Counted from the first letter of the whole stretch, positions 49,318 to 60,615 are shown. The stretch: 63,257 bases of DNA, filler included, from Octopus bimaculoides (GCF_001194135.2; 6 parts of 5 records of this genome joined end to end with filler, not necessarily neighbours in it); one strand, 5' to 3'. Program-made: numbers and translations. The notes: a model not told the origin generated them from the letters alone.

Positions 49318-49542
49318 TCGTTACTACCCACAAGGGGCTACACAGAGGGGACAAACAAGGACAGACAAACGGATTAAATCGATTATATCGACCCCAGTGC
49401 GTAACTGATACTTATCTAATCGACCCCGAAAGGATGAAAGGCAAAGTCGACCTCGGCGGAATTTGAACTCAGAACGTAGCGGTAGACGAAATACCGCTAA
49501 GCATTTCGCCCGGCGTGCTAACTTTTCTGCCAGCTCGCCGCC
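49318..49542 (-). mobile_element. SINE family A variant, young
   Basis: Head and core nearly intact with CpGs; the 3' tail differs from other copies. Confidence 0.88.
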
Positions 49543-49605
49543 TACTTACATATATCTGTGTATGTACATATACATACATACATACACACGCACATCGACG
49601 CACAC

Positions 49606-49671
<66 letters not shown>

Positions 49672-50584
49672 GTACATACATATATACATTCATACATATG
49701 TTTGTTAATGTATAATGAAAAAGGCGATATATAAAGAGTAAAAGTGATGTAAAATAGAGCAGTCGGAGTGTGTCGTTTGTGAGCATACAATTTTAGATTT
49801 GCTGTGGAAAGTAGATACATTAGTTGATAAAAAAATATCTTATGTACTGTTATGATATATCATCATGAGATACATATAAAGTATATGGAAGACAATGTGC
49901 TTTCCTTTTATTTCTCTGCGACCAGGAAAGCGGATTCCCTTTACAAGTTTCGATTCTCTTTGTTACTTCATCAAAAGCATTCAGCTGTATATTGTTAATC
50001 GTGAGATGTATTTAAGTATATATTACAGATTATGTAACATTCTCTGTTGTGTGCATCATTAATTAATTAATTGTCTACGTTGCCGACGGCAATCAGACAA
50101 ATCAATTTAGCGAAGACATAATGTATTGTGACTATAAATTACTATAACCTATATCTATTTTCGATAGCCGATTGGACAGTCGCTTGGTTTCCAAGACAAA
50201 TTGAAGTCTTGCGAATATTGTCTACTTCACCAACATAGAATAAGAAAGCAAGTACCCCTACCACCAAAAAACCCCACAACAGAACAAAACAAAAGAACTA
50301 TATTACAGAAGAAGAAAAAAAAATAATTCAAAAATATATTGAGAATAAAGAAAAAAAATTAAGCATTATTCGTCCAAAGAAAACACCCTTGCATAGTACC
50401 CAGTTTGAACATGAACGCAAATAAAGCCTTCACCATGGCTCATACTAGCAGTTTCCAATTTATCACTGAAGGCACTACATAGTAAATACGTATTTTTAAC
50501 GTAGCTAAGTCAAAGACGGGTGATATGGTGGCAATGGGTTTAGTTATGGTGGTGGCCGTATGCAGATCCAAAGTAAGGGTTTAA

Positions 50585-50745
50585 GTACAATATTTACATT
50601 ATTTCCATTGGACGAATATGTGTGCTCATCCTTTTTGATGTTACCACAACGTTTCGACTGATTTACTCTCCAGCCTTCATCAGGTGTCCTGGCAGAATTT
50701 TGAACGCAACGCTGGGTTCTCATTCCTAAGGTATTTTTTGCTGAT
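50585..50745 (-). mobile_element. Penelope-like terminal-repeat fragment with CTGATGA...GAAAC motif
   Basis: Minus strand CCTGATGAAGGCTGGAGAGTAAATCAGTCGAAACGTTG, a layout typical of Penelope pseudo-LTRs. Confidence 0.5.
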
Positions 50746-50769
50746 ATTATTATTATTATTATTATTATT

Positions 50770-51320
50770 ATTGAGTGACAGAGCAGCGCATGCCATCAGA
50801 GTGACACTGGGGTAAAATATACGAAGCCCAGTATACCCATCATGACTACCCGTCTGATAAGGGTACACCAGGCACATGCAACACAACCATATGTGCGCGA
50901 CATGGCGATCTCATATCAAGATAAGCAGCACATGACCTCGCAGGTGGGCTCAGTTAGAATTTTCTTCAGGTCAAGTAGCCCATTCCGCTCAAAAGGTCCC
51001 TGAATAAAGTTTGTTTAAGGATGTTGAGCAAAACGCCCATGTTTCCAAAGGTGAATTATCCAAACCTCGAAGAATTTCTCTCAACACATGGCTATGATGC
51101 CCCCCTCTACTTCTGCTCGTGATCAGAGATGCACATATCGTCATCCACCAAAGGACATGCTCAACTGGTTAAGGTCAAAGAACCGACAAGCAAATCTGTG
51201 GTATTAAGCAGAATATTTGCTGTAGCCTATATTTTATACCAAGACAAAACAATGTACATGATAACACTTCCAATCAGTCAAGATCAGAAGCCATGAGAGT
51301 TACTGCCTGGTACTGCATCA
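50770..51320 (-). mobile_element. ~550-bp non-coding interspersed element embedded in a (TAT/AAT)n tract
   Basis: GC-richer than flanks, no long ORF, bordered on both sides by (ATT)n (50745-50770 and 51321-51335). Confidence 0.55.
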
Positions 51321-51334
51321 TATTATTATTATTT

Positions 51335-51463
51335 ATTCAAGACGCTGCCTGGAATTGAAATCGGAATCTTGGGGTTAATAGCCCGCGCTTTTAACTATTA
51401 CGCTATATGCCCGTGATGGTTAAGAACGCGGGCTACTAACCCCAAGATTCCGAGCTCAATTCT
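51335..51463. repeat. Head-to-head inverted pair of short tRNA-like SINE heads
   Basis: 51351-51397 and 51417-51463 are near reverse complements (GCGGGCTACTAACCCCAAGATTCCGA). Confidence 0.8.
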
Positions 51464-51689
51464 ACCTACACCAAACTACAAACAGAATTACAAAATCTAA
51501 ACCCGCTTAAATGTTTAGAACAAAACCCGATCGAAACTATACTAACATAGTATAATAGAACACCAGTTTACCATAATTTTAATGTCTTGTTTTTTTTTTC
51601 TCTACCCCTATTATTCTCTATTGCTCTTACCGCCTCCCTGTTTCCGTGTCCGCCCCCAAAATCTGCACTTGCGAAATGTTTAAGCTTTT

Positions 51690-52150
51690 TCACATTCACT
51701 ACATCTCTCCTTGTCGTGTGTATTTGGTTCCTAAACAGTGCAGGTATGTACTTTACGCAATATGCGTGCAGTTTCAAGTAATGCCGATACACCTAGATTG
51801 TAGGATAGTTCTAAATTTTCCAGATGTTTCTTCAGGTTGGGTGGTATGGAACCCAATGCTTCGATGACAATAGGGACGACATTTATGTCTGAATCTCGTA
51901 GCTGCCACATCTTGGCGTTCTCTATTCTCAGGTCTCTATATTTATCAATCTTTTTTCTTTCTTTCACGATAATATGTTAATCTCCTGGCACTGCTACGTC
52001 GATTATTAGGCACTCTTGTTTGTTCTTCCTAAAGGTTATTACATCTGGCCTCCAGTGCTCTAGCAACTTGTCTGTCTAGAAGTCAAAGTCCCAGAGGATT
52101 TTTGCCTTCTCCTTTTCGTCCATTACCTGTTCCGGTGTATGTTGGTAACA
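51690..52150 (-). mobile_element. R4/Dong-like non-LTR element, C-terminal restriction-like endonuclease remnant
   Basis: KAKILWDFDF*TDKLLEHWRPDVI...IIDVAVPGD*..KIDKYRDLRIE..MW..VVPIVIEALG..ALLETARILRKV: PD..D..K RLE motifs. Confidence 0.85.
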
Positions 52151-52154
52151 AGCA

Positions 52155-53170
52155 CTCGTTTAGCGCTCTGGGCGAAATAGGGACAATGCAATACAAGGGA
52201 CAAGTGAGGTGGTGAACAATGCTGTGTATACAATAAGTAACAAAAAAAAAAGTGGTAAAACAACTAATCAATAAAAGTTCCCCCAAAGCGGGGAGTTCTT
52301 CACGGAGATGACCGCAGAACGCCACACAGCCTCGTTATCCCAACCGCCAGGTGCGCCTCAGCAGGCGCCATTCTCCTTCTCAAAAACCTCTGCTTCACAA
52401 ACGAAAGTTCAAAGTAGGCTCATTCACACGTGCCATCATCAACACAACCCCACCTCTTAACAAATTTACTGGGTGGGTTTATGGTGGTGGTGGTGGGGCA
52501 GAACTTCCCTCTCTACCCTCACTTTCCTTTTCAAGTGGGACTTGAAAAAGTCAATGAGGGAGTGACCGAGGTGTAAAGTATCTGTCTTCAGTCCTTTCAA
52601 TCTCGTCCACCACAGTACCTCCTTCGCCATAGCCGCCAAACAAAGGAAAACCACCTTTGCTTCTCGGCCAAAGGAAGGCGCCGGGCGATCTTCACGATGG
52701 ACTCGGATGTAACCGGATCTGTCCTACATGCGATAACAGCTGTTCGACAAAGCTCCACAAGTCAACAATGCACGGATGCTGGACGAGTGCTTGCAGCACG
52801 GTTTCGTCGCATAGCTCACATCTCAGACAAGTCTGACTGACATCACTTCTATGTCTGTAGAACTTCTCGAACCGGTAGAGCTCCCCGGCTAGCACTGTCA
52901 GGCCAGGTATTTCCGGAAGTTATCCATAGGCCCCGGGTCAAAAGACCGCAGGAAAGATCAGTTAATTGATCCTTCCCAACACCCAGAGTTTCCCCAAGGA
53001 CATCGTCGCTCTTGCCCGTCATTAATCCCCTATGAAACTCCATAGTGGAGCTTCCACCGACCGCGTTGCCCGACTGGCTGAAAGCTGTGAAAGCTTGCCG
53101 ATACACAAGGTATCAAGCACCCTTTCTTGGTCTACCTTTGGTCCAGGACTGTACACGCTGAGGCTACAAA
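52155..53170 (-). mobile_element. L1/Tx1-like ORF2 3' fragment (5'-truncated) with 3' UTR
   Basis: STMEFHRGL...TCLRCELCDETVLQALVQHPCIVDLW (C-terminal zinc finger)...EVLWWTRLKGLK...FFKSHLKRKVRVERE; homologous to 54837-55695. Confidence 0.85.
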
Positions 53171-53184
53171 ATCTCCAGCATTTT

Positions 53185-53256
53185 ATTACAACAACAACAG
53201 CAACAACAACAATAATAATGATGATGATAATGATGGTGATGATAATAATAATATTG

Positions 53257-53311
<55 letters not shown>

Positions 53312-53340
53312 TAATGATAATAATAATACTAACAATAAAA
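53185..53340. repeat. Compound (AAC)/(GAT)/(AAT)n trinucleotide microsatellite
   Basis: Direct reading. Confidence 0.95.
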
Positions 53341-53394
53341 TTCCTGAAATTTTAGGGAGCGGGACAGTCGACTGCGTCGAATCCTGAGCTCAGC

Positions 53395-53816
53395 TGGTAG
53401 GTATTTTGTTGACTGCAAAATTCAATGATGTCCAAATGCAATGATAGCCGATGCGGTACATGCCGATCAATCATACCGGCCCATATATGAACACAAAAAC
53501 ATGGAAAATATTCACCAATGCAAACATGAACTGCAAAAGTAGAAATCTAATCTATTGCATCAAATACCCAAATTGTGAAGAACTGTACGTTGGCCAGACA
53601 GGTAATGCACTATCGGAACGCTCACGTGTGCATCGACAACAGATTAAAAACCCAGAGGTCCGCCAAATACCACTGAGTAACCATCTGGCAACATGTGGTC
53701 GTGAAACTTTTATGATATTTCCATTTCATAAACTTTACAACCTGAATGAAATTGGGAGAAAACGGAAAGAAAAGGACTTTATTAAGAAATTCAAACTCAC
53801 TCTTAACACACAATGA
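53395..53816 (+). mobile_element. Penelope-like element GIY-YIG endonuclease remnant
   Basis: KCNDSRCGTC zinc motif (53433-53462), then in another frame NCKSRNLIYCIKYPNCEELYVGQTGNALSERSRVHRQQI...NHL...RKRKEKDFIKKFK. Confidence 0.88.
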
Positions 53817-54030
53817 TTAAATTAATCTTACTTGGGGTTTAAAAATCTTATCTCTATAACTAAAACTCGAAAAATTTCTCAAATGTCATCATTTCTAAAA
53901 ATAAACATTAAAAAATGGTTTGGAATCATCTCTAAATATAGCCAAACACCTACTGCAGCTGTCGAAATGGAATGTGGATAAAGGACAAAAAGACAGCTAG
54001 TCAACTACAATTAAAACACATCTGCCAGAC

Positions 54031-54073
54031 GGGACCTTGATGACTGCTATAAAGCAGGAAAGTATACTAGCCC
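54031..54073 (+). ncRNA. Minimal type I hammerhead-ribozyme-like motif, partly degenerate
   Basis: GGGAC-C(T)TGATGA-CTGC-TATAAA-GCAG-GAAA-G-TATA-C-TA-GCCC: near-canonical core, 4-bp helix II, palindromic AGTATACT helix III; 215 nt after the GIY-YIG stop. Confidence 0.6.
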
Positions 54074-54469
54074 CTATATATATTTAATACTCAATATTTA
54101 ATTTATTCAATATGACATTCAATACTTCATTTCATTTTACTATTTATATTATATATTCCATATTCTATTTCCCACACTGATTTTATAAGAATATAAATAA
54201 AACATAAAAAAACAGAGTTGAAACTCTTTTAAATAATATATATATACAAAAACAATTTGAAAAACCTACACGACTAGGTGAAAAGCGCTTCATTTAATAT
54301 GTGACATTAATAAAAATCTGTAAAAGTACAAACATCCAGATTTCTGAGTACCATAATTAATTTTTTTCTNNNNNNNNNNNNNNNNNNNNNNNNNNNNNNN
54401 NNNNNNNNNNNNNTTAATTAATTAANNNNNNNNNNNNNNNNNNNNNNNNNNNNNNNNNNNNNNNNNNNN

Positions 54470-54758
54470 GAAATAGAGATAACTCGAATGTGGAATCTAA
54501 AAACAGAAACAATTCCTATCATAGTAGGTGCCTTAGGTATAATAAAAAAATATTCAGACAAATACATAACAAAAACACCAGGACTTACAAATATATATAA
54601 CATACAGAAAATTGCACTACTGGGTACTGCACACATTCTACGCAAAACACTTTCAATACAGTAAACATAAGAGCACCACAGCAAACCACAGCACATACCC
54701 AAGGCGCACAGAGCTGCGCTCGGTAGTGAAGTGAAAGCACGTTATAAAAATAAAACTA

Positions 54759-54836
<78 letters not shown>
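54470..54836 (+). mobile_element. R4/Dong-like element 3' end with (AAT)n tail
   Basis: EIEITRMWNLKTETIPIIVGALGIIKK...IQKIALLGTAHILRKTLSIQ*, a short 3' UTR, then (AAT)n at about 54762-54836. Confidence 0.88.
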
Positions 54837-54837
<1 letters not shown>

Positions 54838-55695
54838 TGAAGGAGGAGTTCTTTATTAACCACAAAAGGTTTACATTAAGAAAAACGTTGTGGACAGCAC
54901 AGGGCAATACAATGTAGGGTTACATGTAAGTCATGTAAACAATGAAAGGCAATCGATTATAACAACAAAATTCCTCGAAAGAAGGAAACCTACTAAGACT
55001 GCTCAAGGAGATCCCACAAACCCACGACAGTCCTGACCACCAGGGTAAGCACCTTCGCCACTTTGTCTACAACCGCATACTTAGAGTAGGCCCATTCATT
55101 CACGCCATTCTTGCGACATTCACCCACACTTTAACAAAATTGCTGGAGTGGAGGAAGAACTTCTCTCCCCACCCTCACTTTCCTTTTCAAGTGAAACTTG
55201 AAAAAGTTGATGAGAGCTTGGCCGAAGAGGAAAGTGTTTGTCTTGAGCCCTTTTAGTCTGGTCCACCATACAACCTCTTTCGCTAAGGTTATTAGGCAAA
55301 GAAAAACACTTGCCCTTCCCGGCCAAAGGGAAGCGGCGGGACTATATTCACAATGGACTCAGCTGATAGCTGGATCCGTCCCACACGCGACAGCAAGTGT
55401 TTGACATTAACCCACAAGTCAGAAATACTCGGGCATTGAATGAAAGAACGCAGTACAGTTTCGTCACTGAACTTGCATCTCGGGCAAGCCCCGCTAACTG
55501 CACTTTCTTGCCTGTAAAGTTTATCCCGCGGTAGCACTACTGCCAAAGATTTCTGGAAATTATCCATAGGCCCCGGCCCGAAAGTTCTCCGGAACAAACC
55601 AGCCAACTCATTCTCGTCGATATCCAGAGTCTCCCCGAAAACGTCGTCGCACTTATTCGCCACTAACCCTCTATAGAAAGCCATAGTGGAACTTA
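54837..55695 (-). mobile_element. L1/Tx1-like ORF2 3' fragment with 3' UTR
   Basis: MAFYRGLV..GACPRCKFSDETVLRSFIQCPSISDLW..EVVWWTRLKGLK..FFKFHLKRKVRV; AATAAA near the 3' end abutting the (ATT)n tract. Confidence 0.87.
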
Positions 55696-55696
55696 T

Positions 55697-56915
55697 AATA
55701 ATAATAATTAATTCGTTTTATTGGTCACAAGGGCTAATATCAATTAAAAACATATAAGGACAAAGACAGGACGAAGGTTACAAAAGGTTTTGTCCGAAAA
55801 GGTAGGAAAGTTCGTCTAAACAGAGGAAGAAAACGGAGAAAGATATAATAAATAAATAGATAAATAAATAGATAGATAAATAAGTAGAACTCCCANNNNN
55901 NNNNNNNNNNNNNNNNNNNNNNNNNNNNNNNNNNNNNNNNNNNNNNNNNNNNNNNNNNNNNNNNNNNNNNNNNNNNNNNNNNNNNNNNNNNNNNNNNNNN
56001 NNNNNNNNNNNNNNNNNNNNNNNNNNNNNNNNNNNNNNNNNNNNNNNNNNNNNNNNNNNNNNNNNNNNNNNNNNNNNNNNNNNNNNNNNNNNNNNNNNNN
56101 NNNNNNNNNNNNNNNNNNNNNNNNNNNNNNNNNNNNNNNNNNNNNNNNNNNNNNNNNNNNNNNNNNNNNNNNNNNNNNNNNNNNNNNNNNNNNNNNNNNN
56201 NNNNNNNNNNNNNNNNNNNNNNNNNNNNNNNNNNNNNNNNNNNNNNNNNNNNNNNNNNNNNNNNNNNNNNNNNNNNNNNNNNNNNNNNNNNNNNNNNNNN
56301 NNNNNNNNNNNNNNNNNNNNNNNNNNNNNNNNNNNNNNNNNNNNNNNNNNNNNNNNNNNNNNNNNNNNNNNNNNNNNNNNNNNNNNNNNNNNNNNNNNNN
56401 NNNNNNNNNNNNNNNNNNNNNNNNNNNNNNNNNNNNNNNNNNNNNNNNNNNNNNNNNNNNNNNNNNNNNNNNNNNNNNNNNNNNNNNNNNNNNNNNNNNN
56501 NNNNNNNNNNNNNNNNNNNNNNNNNNNNNNNNNNNNNNNNNNNNNNNNNNNNNNNNNNNNNNNNNNNNNNNNNNNNNNNNNNNNNNNNNNNNNNNNNNNN
56601 NNNNNNNNNNNNNNNNNNNNNNNNNNNNNNNNNNNCTCTCACTAAACCTCTATAGAACGCTAGAGTGGAGCTACTACCGATCACGCTGCCCGCCTGACTG
56701 AGTGCGGTGAGAGCTTGGCGGCACTCGAGGTGCCAAGCGCCCTTTCTCGGTCTACGTTTGATCCAGGACTGCAGCTCTGTTAAAGAAACGAGCTGCGGAA
56801 AATCGCGTCTGACGAAAGGCGACCACACCTGTTCACCGTCCAGGAAACGCTTGAGATGTCGTAGCCTGAGCGCATGTTTGCGCATCAGCAACCACGGCAT
56901 GCCAAGGCCTTATCA
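55697..56915 (-). mobile_element. L1/Tx1-like ORF2 fragment, third copy (middle lost in a gap)
   Basis: MPWLLMRKHALRLRHLKRFLDGEQVWSPFV...SSTLAFYRGLV; 3' UTR with AATAAA and (ATT)n tail at about 55697-55730. Confidence 0.8.
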
Positions 56916-57600
56916 TAGACACAAGTCCTAAAATTTAGGGGAAGGAGATAGTCGAATACATTGATCCCAGGATTTTTTAATTGTTTCACTCATTTGACTG
57001 ACTGCGGTTATTTTAGTTTAGCGAATCAACTTATTTTTTGAAGCTTGATACCTATTTTATCGTTGTTTTGCCGAAGCACGGTGGTGCGGTACAAATACAA
57101 ACACACACACACACACACATGTATGTATGTATGTATTTATGTATGTATGTATGTATGCATGTATTATATATAGGTATGACTAGATGCGCACGACGCCTGA
57201 TAATTATATTCTGAATATGTGTGTGTGTGTGTATTAAATATATACAATCATATATATATATATATATATACGCATGTACTATATAAAATCTAAATTAGCA
57301 ATCTTAACCCGTATGATAGACAAAAGCTATTTTAAAATCTCATTAACTAAATCATTCTCATCTGTAGATACAGAGTAGAGATTACAAACTTCGATTTCTA
57401 TTGGGAACGAACTTAAAATTATGCCTGGAGTTTATTATGTCAAATACACACACACACACTCACTCGCACGCACACAGGCGCGCGCGCACACACACACACT
57501 AACAAACGCACACACACACAATTGTGAGTTGCCAGCATTTTAACAACCGATTCGTACTATTTCCCATTTTTAACTGCGTTCTCTGTTCTCCGAAATCAGC

Positions 57601-57651
<51 letters not shown>

Positions 57652-58077
57652 CCTTCATTAATATATTGTAATATATATTAAAATATTATATGAAAATAAT
57701 ACTAAAATCTTGAGCCCAAGGAAAGTGGTGAAAGCAGTCATGGTGTACGTTTGGGAAAAAATCTCAGTTCGGAAGATTGGTAATTTTCATTTGCTGTGAC
57801 GATTGCAGAATATAATGCTTCGTCGATTTTGTCCTCCAGCCGAAGGATTTAAGGGTAAACCTCAAGTTGAAGGTCTTGGTACGAAGAGGGATTGTCAAAA
57901 AATGTGGGTGGTGCGACGGGTTAAATAGTTCTGGAAGATTAAATGAATGAATGAGAAGTGTCAATATGTTAGACAAGAAGATGAGCGAATATATACGTCA
58001 TACAGCCACAAGAGATATGAATTAAAGCGACATGTCAAAGTATTGCGGGGAGGGGAGGGACATTATTGTCCGAAAAA

Positions 58078-58376
58078 TTGTTGTTGTTGGCACTCCGTCG
58101 TTTACGACGTCGAAGGTTCCAGTTAATACGATCAACGGAACAGCCTGCTCGTGAAATTAACGTGCAAGTGGCTGAGCACTCCACAGACACGTGTACCCTT
58201 AGCGTAGTTCTCGGGGATATTCAGCGTGACACAGTGTGACAAGGCTGACCCTTTGAATTACAGGCACAACAGAAACAGGAAGTAAGAGTGAGAGAAAGTT
58301 GTGGTGAAAGAGTACAGCAGGGTTCGCCACCATCCCCTGCCGGAGCCTCGTGGAGCTTTAAGTGTTTTCGCTCAAT
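58078..58376 (-). mobile_element. SINE family C copy (head in gap)
   Basis: Matches the other family C copies. Confidence 0.9.
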
Positions 58377-58870
58377 NNNNNNNNNNNNNNNNNNNNNNNN
58401 NNNNNNNNNNNNNNNNNNNNNNNNNNNNNNNNNNNNNNNNNNNNNNNNNNNNNNNNNNNNNNNNNNNNNNNNNNNNNNNNNNNNNNNNNNNNNNNNNNNN
58501 NNNNNNNNNNNNNNNNNNNNNNNNNNNNNNNNNNNNNNNNNNNNNNNNNNNNNNNNNNNNNNNNNNNNNNNNNNNNNNNNNNNNNNNNNNNNNNNNNNNN
58601 NNNNNNNNNNNNNNNNNNNNNNNNNNNNNNNNNNNNNNNNNNNNNNNNNNNNNNNNNNNNNNNNNNNNNNNNNNNNNNNNNNNNNNNNNNNNNNNNNNNN
58701 NNNNNNNNNNNNNNNNNNNNNNNNNNNNNNNNNNNNNNNNNNNNNNNNNNNNNNNNNNNNNNNNNNNNNNNNNNNNNNNNNNNNNNNNNNNNNNNNNNNN
58801 NNNNNNNNNNNNNNNNNNNNNNNNNNNNNNNNNNNNNNNNNNNNNNNNNNNNNNNNNNNNNNNNNNNNNN

Positions 58871-58904
<34 letters not shown>

Positions 58905-58942
<38 letters not shown>

Positions 58943-59140
58943 TGTGTTTGTCCGCCACCATCACTTGACAACTGATGTTGGCGTGTTTACGTTCCTGTAA
59001 CCTAACGGTTCGGCAAACGAGAACGATAGAATAAGTACTAGGCTTACAAAGAATAAGTCCTGGGATAGATTTGTTCGACTCAAGTCGGTGCTCCAGCATG
59101 GCGACAGTCAAATGACTGAAACAACTAAAAGAGTAAAAGA
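58905..59140 (+). mobile_element. SINE family B, 3' half
   Basis: Internal microsatellite then GCTTGACAAC..GACTGAAACAACTAAAAGAGTAAAAGA. Confidence 0.85.
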
Positions 59141-59310
59141 ATATATATAGCTTGCTTACCAACTACATGGTTCCATGTTCAGTCCTACTGTGTGGCACCT
59201 TGGGCAAGTGTCTTCTACTTGTGAGTGGATTTGGTAGACGGATTTGCGCATACTATCTAAGGTGTTATAAAAACTGGAAACAAAGAGAAAAGATATTGTA
59301 TATTACATAG

Positions 59311-59461
59311 GCTATAGGCTCTCATAAAAGAGAAAGGCTGTTTAATGACCTTATAATATTTCGTGAAAGATATCCTTTTTATACAGAAGAAAATATCCAA
59401 AGAGATGTATTGTGTCACATTAGAATGGCACATTTCGACGAACTCCTTCATTATTTTCAGG
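59311..59461 (+). CDS. Candidate exon, unknown product
   Basis: Acceptor TATTACATAG; open frame AIGSHKRERLFNDLIIFRERYPFYTEENIQRDVLCHIRMAHFDELLHYFQ; weak donor. Confidence 0.2.
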
Positions 59462-59736
59462 GTTTGGTTATTTACGCACGCACTAGGGTCTGTGTCTATG
59501 TGTGTCCGTGTCAGTGTGAGTGATAAGGGTTTAAGTGTATGTCATTGTCTTTGTCCCCCAAACCAGTTGACAAATGTTTGCTTCTGTTCTCATGATTTAG
59601 CAGTTGTTCGGCAAAAGATTCGATAGCATGAGTACCAGACTTTTAAAAGTATTAGTTCTGGAGTCGATTTCTTCGACGAAACCCTTCAAGGCTGTGTCCT
59701 AGCATAGCAGCAGTTCAACGACTGAAATTAGTCAAA

Positions 59737-59742
<6 letters not shown>

Positions 59743-59769
<27 letters not shown>

Positions 59770-59893
59770 CAGACGGGCGGACGGACGAACGGACGAACGG
59801 ACGGACGGACGGACGAACGGACGAACGGACGGACGGACGAACGGACGAACGGACGGACGGACGGACGGACGGACGGACGGACGGACGGACGGA
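59743..59893. repeat. (GATA)n grading into (GACG)n/(GAACG) microsatellite
   Basis: Direct reading. Confidence 0.95.
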
Positions 59894-60313
59894 CATATTA
59901 ATACATATGTATATGTGTGTATGTATGTATGAATATATATATATATATANNNNNNNNNNNNNNNNNNNNNNNNNNNNNNNNNNNNNNNNNNNNNNNNNNN
60001 NNNNNNNNNNNNNNNNNNNNNNNNNNNNNNNNNNNNNNNNNNNNNNNNNNNNNNNNNNNNNNNNNNNNNNNNNNNNNNNNNNNNNNNNNNNNNNNNNNNN
60101 NNNNNNNNNNNNNNNNNNNNNNNNNNNNNNNNNNNNNNNNNNNNNNNNNNNNNNNNNNNNNNNNNNNNNNNNNNNNNNNNNNNNNNNNNNNNNNNNNNNN
60201 NNNNNNNNNNNNNNNNNNNNNNNNNNNNNNNNNNNNNNNNNNNNNNNNNNNNNNNNNNNNNNNNNNNNNNNNNNNNNNNNNNNNNNNNNNNNNNNNNNNN
60301 NNNNNNNNNNNNN

Positions 60314-60615
60314 NGGGCCGACCAAAGCCTTGTGAGTGGATTTGGTACGCGGAAACTGAAAGAAGCCCGTCGTATATATGTATATATATGTTTGTGTGTA
60401 TGTGTATCTGTGTTTGTCCCCCCAACATCGCTTGACAACCGATGGTGGTGTGTTTACGTCCCCGTAACTTAGCGGTTCGGCAAAAATAGACCGATAGAAT
60501 AAGTACTAGGCATCCAAAGAATAAGTCCTGGGGTCGATTTACTCGACTAAAGGCGGTGCTCCATCCAGCATGGCCACAGTCGATTGACTGAAACAAGTAA
60601 AAGAGTAAAAGAGAA
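60314..60615 (+). mobile_element. SINE family B copy (head in gap), CpGs intact
   Basis: GGGCCGACCAAAGCCTTGTGAGTGGATTTGG...AAAAGAGTAAAAGAG. Confidence 0.9.

Noticed and set aside
57764-57937. Exon-like frames on both strands (MLRRFCPPAEGFKG on +, LFNPSHHPHFLTIPLR on -)
   Set aside because: Both strands are equally plausible and no motif was recognised; cannot be supported without transcripts.
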